Source: Spizellomyces punctatus DAOM BR117 (Eukaryota). Taken from it: 64,000 bases of DNA. Every line of letters starts with the position of its first letter. Positions within the stretch are counted from its first letter, which is position 1. The position numbers and the translations under genes are program-made. The notes under the pieces were generated by a model. It ran no database searches, was not told the origin of the DNA, and was given only the letters and a program-made list of their open reading frames with translations. The DNA lies in NCBI GenBank assembly GCA_000182565.2, contig KQ257462.1; one strand, 5' to 3'. Below, one piece after another: positions 1 to 9,363 of the stretch.

Positions 1-1794
1 GTATCAGTTGAGGCAGAATCATCAGATTCATCAACGATTTGAGATGTATCAGAGTCACTATCTGTTATTTGCGGCGGCAAGGGGGGGATGCTAGAAAAGC
101 TTTCATTTTCATCCAATATGGAAGACCATTCGCTGGCCCCCTCGTCTTCGAGATTGGGTGCGGGGTATCCAGTCAGCGAGGTGGTTGCATCCATTGGATC
201 GCTGTCAAGAGGTTCGGCCAGGGTGGAAAGATTGCTGGTGTGGTCCATGAGGAACATAGCTAAGCGGGATTCTGAGTCAGGGTCTTCACCATTTGTTGTT
301 TCCAGCTCATTTTGAGGAACGGATGGGGATGTGTCGTTTTCTGGGAAAGGATTTGTCGGGAATGGGGATTCAAGGGCCATATCTTCCGGTAAATCCATGA
401 CCATGCACGTATCACCAGTAGCTACTCGCTCCACCTCAATTGGCTCCTCGTCAACATCAAGAACACTGTCGTAATCAGTATCATCCATTCTGACGGGCTC
501 GACATCAGAATCAGAGTTGTCGCCAAAATCCTCCTGTGAAGCCTCGGACGCCGTGTCCCTCTGCTGATTAGACGTTGTATCGGGTACCGAGGGGCCAGTA
601 TCGGGTACAAGCCGTTGCCGTAGCGTTTGCAATACATCCTCGCGACGTCGTTTGAATGGGTTGCATTCATCTGGCGTGGATGACGGTATGTGTTTGAACA
701 ATGAGGGCTGAATGAAGCGGGCAACCCACCCCCTGGACGATGAAACATTAGAATAATTTTAAATGGAGACCGTGGCTATAGATATGCTGCAGTACCATTG
801 CCCGTCTACTTCGCGAGAATAAAGAGTCTCGCCAGTTTTGATGTTCCATATTCGGAGAGTGCAATCTAAAAGGGTCCCATGAATCAGATTGCTGACACCA
901 TCTTGCGGATATCGCAAACAGAATATAACACCTATAGAACATGATAGCAGGTACCTCCCACATGAACTGAAGTCAATGGCAGGAACATTATGTTCGTGTC
1001 CCACAAGCTCTCTCTTCTCAACGCCGCCGAGTGGATCGCCATCTCTGTCACTGACGAAATTGCCATGGCTTTGATAGCTTGACCTCAGATTCCATACCAT
1101 AATAGTATGCGAATTAGCCGAAACAGCGAGTAAATACGACGGTCCGTGTATCGCAATGCCCCACGCCGAGTCTCGATGCCTTTTTTGACGTGCAAAAAGA
1201 AGGCCCGTCAACCATCACACCATGAGGGCACAACTGAACAGTGTCTTGTAACGCACTGCAGTACAATTGGGTGGCGATCTAGATCTGCGGTGAACCAGAC
1301 GTGGACGAGGTGGTTGTCGTCAACTGCTACAAGGACTTCTTCGGTTCCGATTTCTCCGACTCGAATGGCATTGATCGGTCCATCATGTTCCTGGTAGTGA
1401 GAAATAAAAACGCAAAGAGTCGATTAATAAAACCTCGCAAAGCGTATGAGCTGGCCGATATTTCCCCCAAAGAAATCCTCACGCACCTCACCAGAACCAC
1501 TCTTGAGCACACGATACGGTGCAATCGAGAAGCGCTTATCGAACCGATGCGGATTACGATAGACATTGATTTGCTGATTAACGGCTACAAAGAAAACGTC
1601 GCTATCCCGTACACTGGCGGCAGTCAAGTTCATTCGCTTCACAGCAAGTTGAGTTGTCAATGAGATCGTGTAAACTTTTATGACTACGGCATACCCACCC
1701 AGGTTGGCGCATGGTCCAGACCACTTATGCGTTGTCCTGCATATAGATCTTCAATAACAATGGGCTGATATGGGCATGCGAGAAATGTGGGCAT
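1..1794 (-). CDS. WD40-repeat protein, CRT10-like (multi-exon, runs off the window start)
   Basis: Exon ORFs 1424-1660 and 759-1211 give WD-like segments HRDSAWGIAIHGPSYLLAVSANSHTIMVWNL and GHEHNVPAIDFSSCGRYLLSCSI..DCTLRIWNIKTG. Probable ATG at 1794; GT-AG introns. Confidence 0.65.
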
Positions 1795-2935
1795 GACTTG
1801 CAGATCTGACCTGGGAAGCGGTGGAAGCTTGTGTTGTTGATGACGAGACGGGTTATAAACTTATGATCACGAATCGTCACGTGTTAAATAATTATAATCG
1901 CTACGATCAGCTTACGTTTACCCAACCAGAAAAGGATATGCAGGACGCTTGCAAAACGCAGCAAATTGGACGCCAATAAAAGGGAAAGGGAGCAAGCCTT
2001 TGAATGTATTCGTTGTGTGTAAATTCTAAAAAGATAGCGTATAATCGATCGACGTTAATTTAGACACGACTGGCCCTTGTCCATGCAATACACAAAGGCT
2101 CATTGGATGACTATATAATGAGAGAACCTGCATTAAAATGTACCATGTTCTTTGTCGCTCCTTACTGACAGGCAGTTGGCTGTCTGCGGAGATCCGCGTG
2201 CTACTATTCACCTTGCAGTCATCCTTATTGTTATCCAGGTATTCACCATCTCTGGCTGTCACTGTCAGGCGTTCAAAGAATCGCTAGTCATCGTTGTATC
2301 AAATCTGTCTCTCCAAAGTAATGGCAAAGATGCCTTAATTTCGATGCGATTTCCTCCGTAAAGATCATGTTCCTGCCCAGCATGTCGATTTACGTCATTC
2401 CTCACTACGTTTCGGCTTCATGTATGTCATCCTACCACAACAATATCGCCAATGGTTCTTCCGCTGAAGCGCTCATTCTGCAGCATCGAAATCAGTAATC
2501 TACCATGTCAATCGAACACCCACACTGGTTTGAAAAGTTGGCCTAGGCCCATCGTTGTGAACAATCATTTTGGATTTTTCCAGTGACCGTTATGCAAACG
2601 GAACACTTTGATTCGGTTCTACAGTACAAGGTGCTGCGCTTTCTTTTATCTAGCCTGGTCTCTCGAAAGTGAACACCGTTGGACCTTGCTCCACTCGAGA
2701 GCTGGACATCACATCACGTCGACAATTTTGGTGATCTAACGCGGGCGAGATCTTAGATACCCATCACAGAGCAATATCGCCCTCCTTGGCTGAACAAGAC
2801 GCTCACACAACCTGTCAGCGAGTAAACTTGATGCCACTTATATTATTCACATTTTTATAGCATGAGAGACCAGCCCCGCATGATTTTCTCCCCCATCCCA
2901 GATCTTTTGTGTAAGATTGTCCTATTTTACATAAT

Positions 2936-3620
2936 TTACATCAAACCAACCATGGACCCAACGACCAACACCAATGTCCCAGCACTCACAGCCAAAGCTG
3001 AAGCAGAGCTCTTGGTCGCTTGGGCAGGTCCCATCGAAGAGTTGCTGCCACCAAAGACTGACGACGACAACAATGTTCCATTCTTCATCAAGGTGATCTT
3101 GGGAGTAGCAGTACCATTCCAGTTAGTGGTCTGACCGTTCTCGCACAACTGAGAGGTTTCAAAGTAGACGACAGATCCATCAGGTCCGTCAGGAAGGAGA
3201 GCCTGGAAACCAAAGTCCATGTAGGCGGTGTCGGGAAGGAAGCCGCCATGCCACGTGACCGTGTCGGTGGTCGTATTGACTGTGCCACCCTCGCTGACGA
3301 CGGGTTGAGGAAGAGGGCGCTGTGTGATAGCCAGTTGCCAGTTGGGGACCAATTGGGGCTTGAAGCTCGTTACGTTCTGAGGGACCTTTACGGTAACGCT
3401 GATGGTTGCGGTGTGATTGCATCCATGTGCTGCAAGTTGAAAAAAGTGAGCAAGTTTGTAGTAGACGCTTGATGGCAGATACAAAATACTTACGAACACG
3501 GAGAGCCGTCTGCACATTCTTTCCGGGCACTCCAACAGGAGGCACACATGTAACGTGTCCATGTATGCTCTGCACGGCGGCAGTAGCCAGGACAAGGAGA
3601 GTTGCGATAGTCTTGAACAT
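2936..3620 (-). CDS. YcnI/DUF1775-like secreted or membrane-anchored copper-binding protein (2 exons; intron 3430-3493)
   Basis: Signal peptide MFKTIATLLVLATAAVQSIHG followed by HVT. Splicing joins LRV-PHGC. Also contains VTWHGG, DFGFQALLP, SQLCENG..NW and a hydrophobic C-terminal tail. Confidence 0.75.
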
Positions 3621-4331
3621 GATAACTACTAAGAGGTTTCTGTGTGTGTGTGTGTGTGTTGGGATGGGCAAAGAACGCGAGGGTTTTATGCAAGTGGGCG
3701 ACTGGAGGGAGGGAGAGGGCAAAAACCCCTCGCCTTTAAATAAGCCGCGACAAGGACTCTAAAAACACTTTATGAAACGATGGAAAAGGCGCCAATCATG
3801 TTTCAATGAGGCGTTTATGCGGAGGAGATCATGACTGTGCCACCACTATCTCTCCAATCGCAAATTTCTCGCACTTTTGGGGAAAGGCAGCGTTGTGTTT
3901 TTGGGCGTACGGCGAGAGACGGGGCATGGGGGGCCACGGCGGCCGTGACAACCCCACACACTCTTGTGGAGTTTGATGATGGACAAACACGAGGGTAGAG
4001 AGGGTTTGAATGGGGAGTGCATTTTGATAAACAAGGTGACAATGGGTTTCAATCCTATTGTGGACGTGTGATGGTGAAAGTGATCCATCACCTCTGTAGC
4101 CAGACAAACAGTTGCAAATTGTCGTACCTGAGCCATGCCCATTGCACAAACATTGCACTGCAGATGCACCAAGCTATCCGGCATGCTCACTTTTGTCGGT
4201 CCTGGTTGCTCCCGAAAAGAAAAGATCATGCTGTGACAGTACATGGGTGCGTGTAGAACTAGATTCGCACCAGAGAGCACCCAATATGCAATGCCATGAT
4301 CGCAGTGACACGATGGTGATCGACCACCCCT

Positions 4332-4473
4332 TGTGGCTGGTGCTTTCATTTAACCATTTCTGACTGTTGTCGTTGCCATGTCCCTCTGAACGCAGCAGAC
4401 CAAGACGAACAAATCACGATTGCTTTCATACTGGGCAAGACGGCCACTAGGTCAAGTTTGCATGTCCCCAAGC
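4332..4473. repeat. Diverged direct repeat copy A (partner at 7670-7849)
   Basis: Shares an exact 20-mer ACGGCCACTAGGTCAAGTTT (4440-4459 = 7816-7835) plus flanking similar blocks (TGTGGCTGG..CATTTAACCATTT..TCGTTGCCATGTC; GACGAACAA.TCA.GATTGC.TTCA). Confidence 0.8.
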
Positions 4474-4553
4474 ATCCTGCGCATGGGCAGATATTTATAG
4501 ATATTGTATGTAATAGTTACATTTCAGAAAAAAAGAATCCGATTGAAATCATA

Positions 4554-4581
4554 GTGCGGAGCCGGTGGACTTTGGCACTAG
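4554..4581 (+). repeat. Left TIR of Fanzor copy 1
   Basis: 28-bp perfect inverted match to 6860-6887. Confidence 0.95.
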
Positions 4582-4664
4582 TACAGTGATTGCAACCAAT
4601 TCAATCATAATTTTACTCGATTTAGGCACATGAACTATGGTTCGATATGGTTCGATGCAAACGA

Positions 4665-4804
4665 TGCTCCACCATTGAAAAACGGGTCCAATATGTGCGG
4701 CAATAAATGATTGAATATTCTGCAGTTGCCACACGGGTCCAATATGTGCGGCAATAAATGATTGAATATTCTGCAGTTGCTCCACCATTGAAAAACGGGT
4801 CCAA
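4665..4804. repeat. Internal duplications in the 5' region of Fanzor copy 1
   Basis: 48-bp identical copies at 4682-4729 and 4733-4780; 27-bp identical copies at 4665-4691 and 4778-4804. Confidence 0.9.
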
Positions 4805-4825
4805 CGTGCGCAGTTGTCATATTTC

Positions 4826-4832
4826 TATATAA
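4826..4832 (+). promoter_or_regulatory. Putative TATA box of Fanzor copy 1
   Basis: TATATAA about 70 nt before the ATG at 4898. The same motif lies upstream of the copy 2 ATG (35842-35848, minus strand). Confidence 0.5.
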
Positions 4833-4897
4833 CCCCCCCCCCATATCATTCTCTGCCCATTTCCCAGGCGTTCATCCATTTTTCTATTCCAATCATC

Positions 4898-6796
4898 ATG
4901 CCACCAAACAAGAAGCAAAAACTCGACAATCGACCTACCTGTCTGCATTCATGCAACAAGACTTCCTTTGCAAAGGCTTTCTTACCTAATGAGACCTACC
5001 GGCAGCGTCTTCTAGATTACATCGCCATCATCCATCAACTCGCCGACCATGCTTCCCACGCGCTGAAATTCTATCTCCTTTCAGCACCAACCTTTCCCAC
5101 GGTAAATGAAGATACAATCGAAGGCATCCTGTATCTTCTCAACAAGGGGGAGGCTTGGCATCCAAGAAAGGAAGCGAAGAAGGCATGGCGGGATAGTTTG
5201 CTGCCATACGTTCAACGGTACTGCCAAATCGTCGGCTTCGTTCATCCAAATCTACGAGGCGAGCAGCAGTCAATCAATTACCTGACAGCGAGTATGATGA
5301 CAAACCTGAAAGTCAACGTTCAAGAGCATTTTATGACGATGCTGCTCCGATATATCAATCTACGGCTGGACGTGAAGGGACGGAAAGGGCAATTTCCTCC
5401 AAAGAGTGAAGTGCGGAAAGCTTTCTTTGCTCGGCTACGCTACTTGAAGTCGATTTTCCTTTTTGATGTCGTGCCCGAGTCACTGGATGACTTGACTGCT
5501 GAAGAGAGTGAGCTTCTAGAAGAGATGTGGTCATTGGATCTCCCATTCCTTCCCAACAATCCCCTTGCCTACGCCATTGTTGCTGATCCGATGTCATTTT
5601 TTCCCGCGTACTGCAAACTCTCTGGGCTGTATGAACGATATGGCTTCCGACGGTTCAGTGCAATACCTCTGCGCCGCTCGCTCATTCAAAGTCACGTGCG
5701 AATCGACACCATCATCCTGTACCAGCATATCCTTTGCATCACACGTCCAGAAGCAGAAGCGGTCGAAAAGGATGATCTGTGGTTGCGGGTCTGTAATCTA
5801 TGTACCAAGGCTTTTCGGTCTCGCCGCGGTATGCAGTTTGAAGGCTCGATCACGACGGATGGTACCTCGGTGTCGGTTTACTTGAAACACCCTGATGCCG
5901 ACAAGTATGGAAGGCGCGGGGGTGGGAAAAAGTCAGCAAAAACGATGGAGGCGGAGGTTAAAGCGGTATATGTGGAGAACAACTTGCCTGCTTGTCGAGC
6001 AGCAGAGAACATTGTCGTTATCGACCCAAACAAGCGCGACATTCTCTACTGCCAAGACAGCAATGGTGCGACAATGTTTCGCTACACCGCCAATCAACGC
6101 TGCAGGGAGACTGGCAGCCGGCAATTTGCAAAGAGACGAGAAGCAATGAAGAAGGAAGCGGGAATTGACCTCATAGACTCACGAATACCATCCCCCAAGA
6201 CGATGAATCTCATGGACTTCATGCGTTACCTTCTCGTTCGCCGCGCTGATTGGGATCGTCGCAAGGAGTTCTACTCCCATCCTGCCCACACGCGGTGGAA
6301 GTGGCACTCTTTCATCAATCGGCAGCGAAGTGAATCGGACCTCATAAGCAACATGCGCGACAAGTTTGGGAACTTCACCGTTGTGATGGGTGATTGGAGC
6401 GATGCCGGCCGAACTGCAAAATTTCAGACCTCATCAAAGACAAAAGGCTGGCGCATTCTGTTCAGGCGCAATCGCATCAACTGCTTCCTGATTGATGAAC
6501 ACAAGACCTCATCTGTTTGCCCTCGCTGTTTGGCCTCATACAACGACTTCCTTGAAAAGGACTTCAAACAACGACCTCATTCAAGACCTTGGCGGCGACG
6601 AGAAGGCAAGGTTGAAGATGTCCATGGCTTGCTGGGTTGTACCAACCCTAACTGTTTGCAGCAAGACTGGACGACAATGCGCTACTGGAATCGAGATACG
6701 CTGGCAACGTGCAATATGCTGACAATCGTGCAATCAATGTTGGATGGGCACGGTAGACCAGAAAGGTTCAGCAGAAGCGTTCCAGCTATAGCGTAG
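4898..6796 (+). CDS. Fz1: Fanzor1 RNA-guided DNA endonuclease (TnpB-like, SpuFz1 family), 632 aa
   Basis: Intronless. ATG at 4898 (MPPNKKQK, NLS-like) aligns with the start of copy 2. RuvC-I VVIDPNKRD (D376), RuvC-II LIDEHKTS (E534), zinc finger CPRC..CTNPNC, RuvC-III WNRD (D600). Confidence 0.95.
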   Translation: MPPNKKQKLDNRPTCLHSCNKTSFAKAFLPNETYRQRLLDYIAIIHQLADHASHALKFYLLSAPTFPTVNEDTIEGILYLLNKGEAWHPRKEAKKAWRDSLLPYVQRYCQIVGFVHPNLRGEQQSINYLTASMMTNLKVNVQEHFMTMLLRYINLRLDVKGRKGQFPPKSEVRKAFFARLRYLKSIFLFDVVPESLDDLTAEESELLEEMWSLDLPFLPNNPLAYAIVADPMSFFPAYCKLSGLYERYGFRRFSAIPLRRSLIQSHVRIDTIILYQHILCITRPEAEAVEKDDLWLRVCNLCTKAFRSRRGMQFEGSITTDGTSVSVYLKHPDADKYGRRGGGKKSAKTMEAEVKAVYVENNLPACRAAENIVVIDPNKRDILYCQDSNGATMFRYTANQRCRETGSRQFAKRREAMKKEAGIDLIDSRIPSPKTMNLMDFMRYLLVRRADWDRRKEFYSHPAHTRWKWHSFINRQRSESDLISNMRDKFGNFTVVMGDWSDAGRTAKFQTSSKTKGWRILFRRNRINCFLIDEHKTSSVCPRCLASYNDFLEKDFKQRPHSRPWRRREGKVEDVHGLLGCTNPNCLQQDWTTMRYWNRDTLATCNMLTIVQSMLDGHGRPERFSRSVPAIA

Positions 6797-6814
6797 CGTA
6801 GATTGGTTAGATTA

Positions 6815-6904
6815 GCTTATCCGAACCGGTTGTCGCCGGTTCATTCCCTGGTGCGGGTGCTAGTGCCAAAGTCCACCGGCTCCGCACTAAGTAATAGGGG
6901 GAGG
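6815..6904 (+). ncRNA. Predicted Fanzor omegaRNA, copy 1 (scaffold ~6815-6889, guide ~6890-6904 AGTAATAGGGGGAGG)
   Basis: 75-nt block conserved with copy 2 (8 substitutions). Hairpin GAACCGG-ttgtcg-CCGGTTC (6823-6842); GTGCGGG can pair with TCCGCAC. Similarity stops abruptly after ..CCGCACTA. Ends are inferred. Confidence 0.85.
6860..6887 (-). repeat. Right TIR of Fanzor copy 1
   Basis: CTAGTGCCAAAGTCCACCGGCTCCGCAC, the inverted copy of 4554-4581. Confidence 0.95.
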
Positions 6905-7669
6905 TGTTCTAGTCAGCAACCCTTTCAAAATCTTCAAGGGAGTACTCCTCAGTGTTCGTCATACTAACCCAACGGGATTCCTCCGGTATATGAATCATCT
7001 TCACAATATCATCTGCAAACGTAACATTAAGTTGACACTTTGCAAATCTGTTTTTTCTCCCGGCTACACGTTGGAAGATTCTGTCAATGCGTCCTATGTA
7101 TTGGGTAGGTTGGAAGTAGTCCAAGGTAACATTCTGAGCTATGCGTTAGCAACTCAGACAGATGTACAAGCCCCTTTAAAACTGGAAAATACCTTGTTAG
7201 AGGGGTCTTGAAAACCCCTTGCCGAGATTTTGAAGAGTTCTCCCATGGGTTCGACGCAAAGGCCAATATAGCTCCCCTGATGCTCGTTTTGCTTTGGTTT
7301 AAATAGCAGATACATGGTCAACGTTTTGAAAGTAGCTGGCTGAGCCATTGTCTCAGGTGACGGCTGCAGGGCACCATTTTCATCAAGAGACATGCCCTGA
7401 AACGTAGTAGATAGCGACATTCTGAGTTGGTTGAACCGAGCGGAGTTCTCTTAGCGATCTCACACGCTGATGACTGACGGTGACCAAGCTGTATAACTGA
7501 ACGCTCCGAACGACAATGGACACAGGCTATTGAAATATCGTCCAAGCAAACTGGAAGCAGTCAATAAACAGGCTTCCAGCCGATGTTGTACCTGACGCTG
7601 GCAGACTCTCAGTGTTCTGGCAGATCAACGTAAAGACATTTCGTCCGTTTCTGAAAGCCCCAATGTTCC

Positions 7670-7849
7670 TGTGGCTGGCACTTCCATTTAACCATTTATT
7701 CCTTTTCTCGTTGCCATGTCAACAATTTGCCAAACGCTTTGCAAGCAGTTCATTGAGCAGGATTGTTAACTACCTTTTGGACGAACAAGTCATGATTGCC
7801 TTCACTATAGGCAAAACGGCCACTAGGTCAAGTTTTCATTTTCCCAAGC
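7670..7849. repeat. Diverged direct repeat copy B (partner at 4332-4473)
   Basis: See copy A; this copy has roughly 40 extra bases in the middle. Confidence 0.8.
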
Positions 7850-9363
7850 CGATTGGCCACTCGCCAATAACCCGGTCTTTTGCCAGGAAGCCTCGTCATG
7901 ACAACTCCCTTTGTAAGTTCCAGAAAATTGTAGCGGTTGAAACTTTATGAAATATACATGTGAGCTTACTCGTTACAGTGAACATTGTTGGACGAAGTGG
8001 TGTTGTCAAATACCTTGGTGAGTGAGAGCTCGTTAATGTGACATTGGCATCGTGCATTTTTGCTAACGTGGAGACTTAAAGAGTCACACAGAGAAAGCGA
8101 TAAGAAGCAGGACGTACAGTACGTTCCCCATCCCCAACGACGGTTTTTGCCAAATGAGGTACGAAACGAATCTTTTGGTCTAGTAGACTGGTAAGTGTGG
8201 CCAACTGAACTGACCTTTTATATCGCAACAGACCTATGTCCCCTCCGACTTGAACAATGAAAATATTGAAAAGTACATCAAAGACAAGCAAAAGCAAGCA
8301 CCGGAAGACGTTTGCGAAAAGTATGGAATAAATCCTTTGAAGGTGTATCGGGTACGTACCGTGTAGAATATTTTACCGTGTTTGTTGGATCATTCGTTTG
8401 ACTTGGGCTGCCGAATAGGATACGACGTTTCTATCGAGATTTTTAACGCGAATGGCATACATGAAGCCAAAAAGTCAGACAGGTATGGGCTTGGGTAGTC
8501 TCAAATCATAGCGACGGAGACAATATCTCAAATTTCTCTACCCAGGATTAAGCACGGCAAATCAACGAAAAATGACAAAGGCAATCAAACGCGCAAAGGC
8601 AATGGGTATGTCATTCACTTTAGTTCCATATAGTTAATGCAGCAGGCGAGATTGAAATGTTCATCTGTTCCAGGTCTTCTGCCTTTCACATATAATACTG
8701 TTGGATCACGAGCAGACTTTTAGAGGGCGGATTGTCCTTTTTATTTAATACATTGTAAATGCTTTGCGTGAACTTTGGTGCAATACTTTCTTTATCTTGT
8801 GTTCATTTCTCCTCCTCGTACGAAGGCATTGCCTATCCTATGGAAGTTCTACATGTATGGCCGCCGAAGGGCTGATGGCAAAAATCCCTTAGGATGTTCC
8901 TTTTGAATATTTGTTCTCCCATGAATTGTTCTATCTGCAGCCCTGATAGTATGCTACACATCCATATTCTGTGATGAACCGAAAGGAACTGTTTGCATTC
9001 ATAGTTGAAACTGTCCCATCCTATTGGGTCTTGCTACGTCGCCTCAGTATACAAGTAGCACTAAACAATGCATTGTTCTCCGTGATGGCACGCCCGCCGT
9101 CCCGAGAGCAAATCCTGTATCATAAAATCTTTGCATAGTGACAGCGCAGGGGCCTCTTGCCCTTTCCTCTTGCATTGACCGCGTAACCCGTATGACAACT
9201 GGTGACGTTCCATTGGCCTTCATTACGTAGCGCGTTCCGCAAAGATCTGAGCTCAGTATCCTTCAAGCCTCAAGCCAGTCTGCTATAAAAATGTACTGTA
9301 TTGCCCAGTTTGTCCCTTTTGATGTCAACACTTGTGTGTTAGATCGCACACATTGAGAACAGA

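Larger units (their letters stand above)
4554..6887 (+). mobile_element. Fanzor1 non-autonomous DNA transposon, copy 1 (2334 bp, 28-bp TIRs, TA TSD)
   Basis: Left TIR GTGCGGAGCCGGTGGACTTTGGCACTAG (4554-4581) is the exact reverse complement of 6860-6887. TA at 4552-4553 and 6888-6889; CATA at 4550-4553. Contains a single TnpB-like ORF. Confidence 0.95.

Noticed and set aside
3641-3659. (TG)n microsatellite, and a similar TG/AG tract near 21370-21390
   Set aside because: Ordinary short microsatellites.
4665-4804. Possible CRISPR-like array beside a Cas12-like nuclease
   Set aside because: Only two copies of each unit, no unique spacers of regular length, and absent from copy 2. These are simple duplications.
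4814-4897. 28-codon N-terminal extension of the Fanzor ORF in the ORF track
   Set aside because: It starts at a non-ATG codon and overlaps the TATA region; copy 2 starts at the equivalent of ATG 4898.
6890-6904. Second-site targets of either predicted guide within this window
   Set aside because: I found no CATA followed by either guide seed by eye; a computational search is needed to exclude it.
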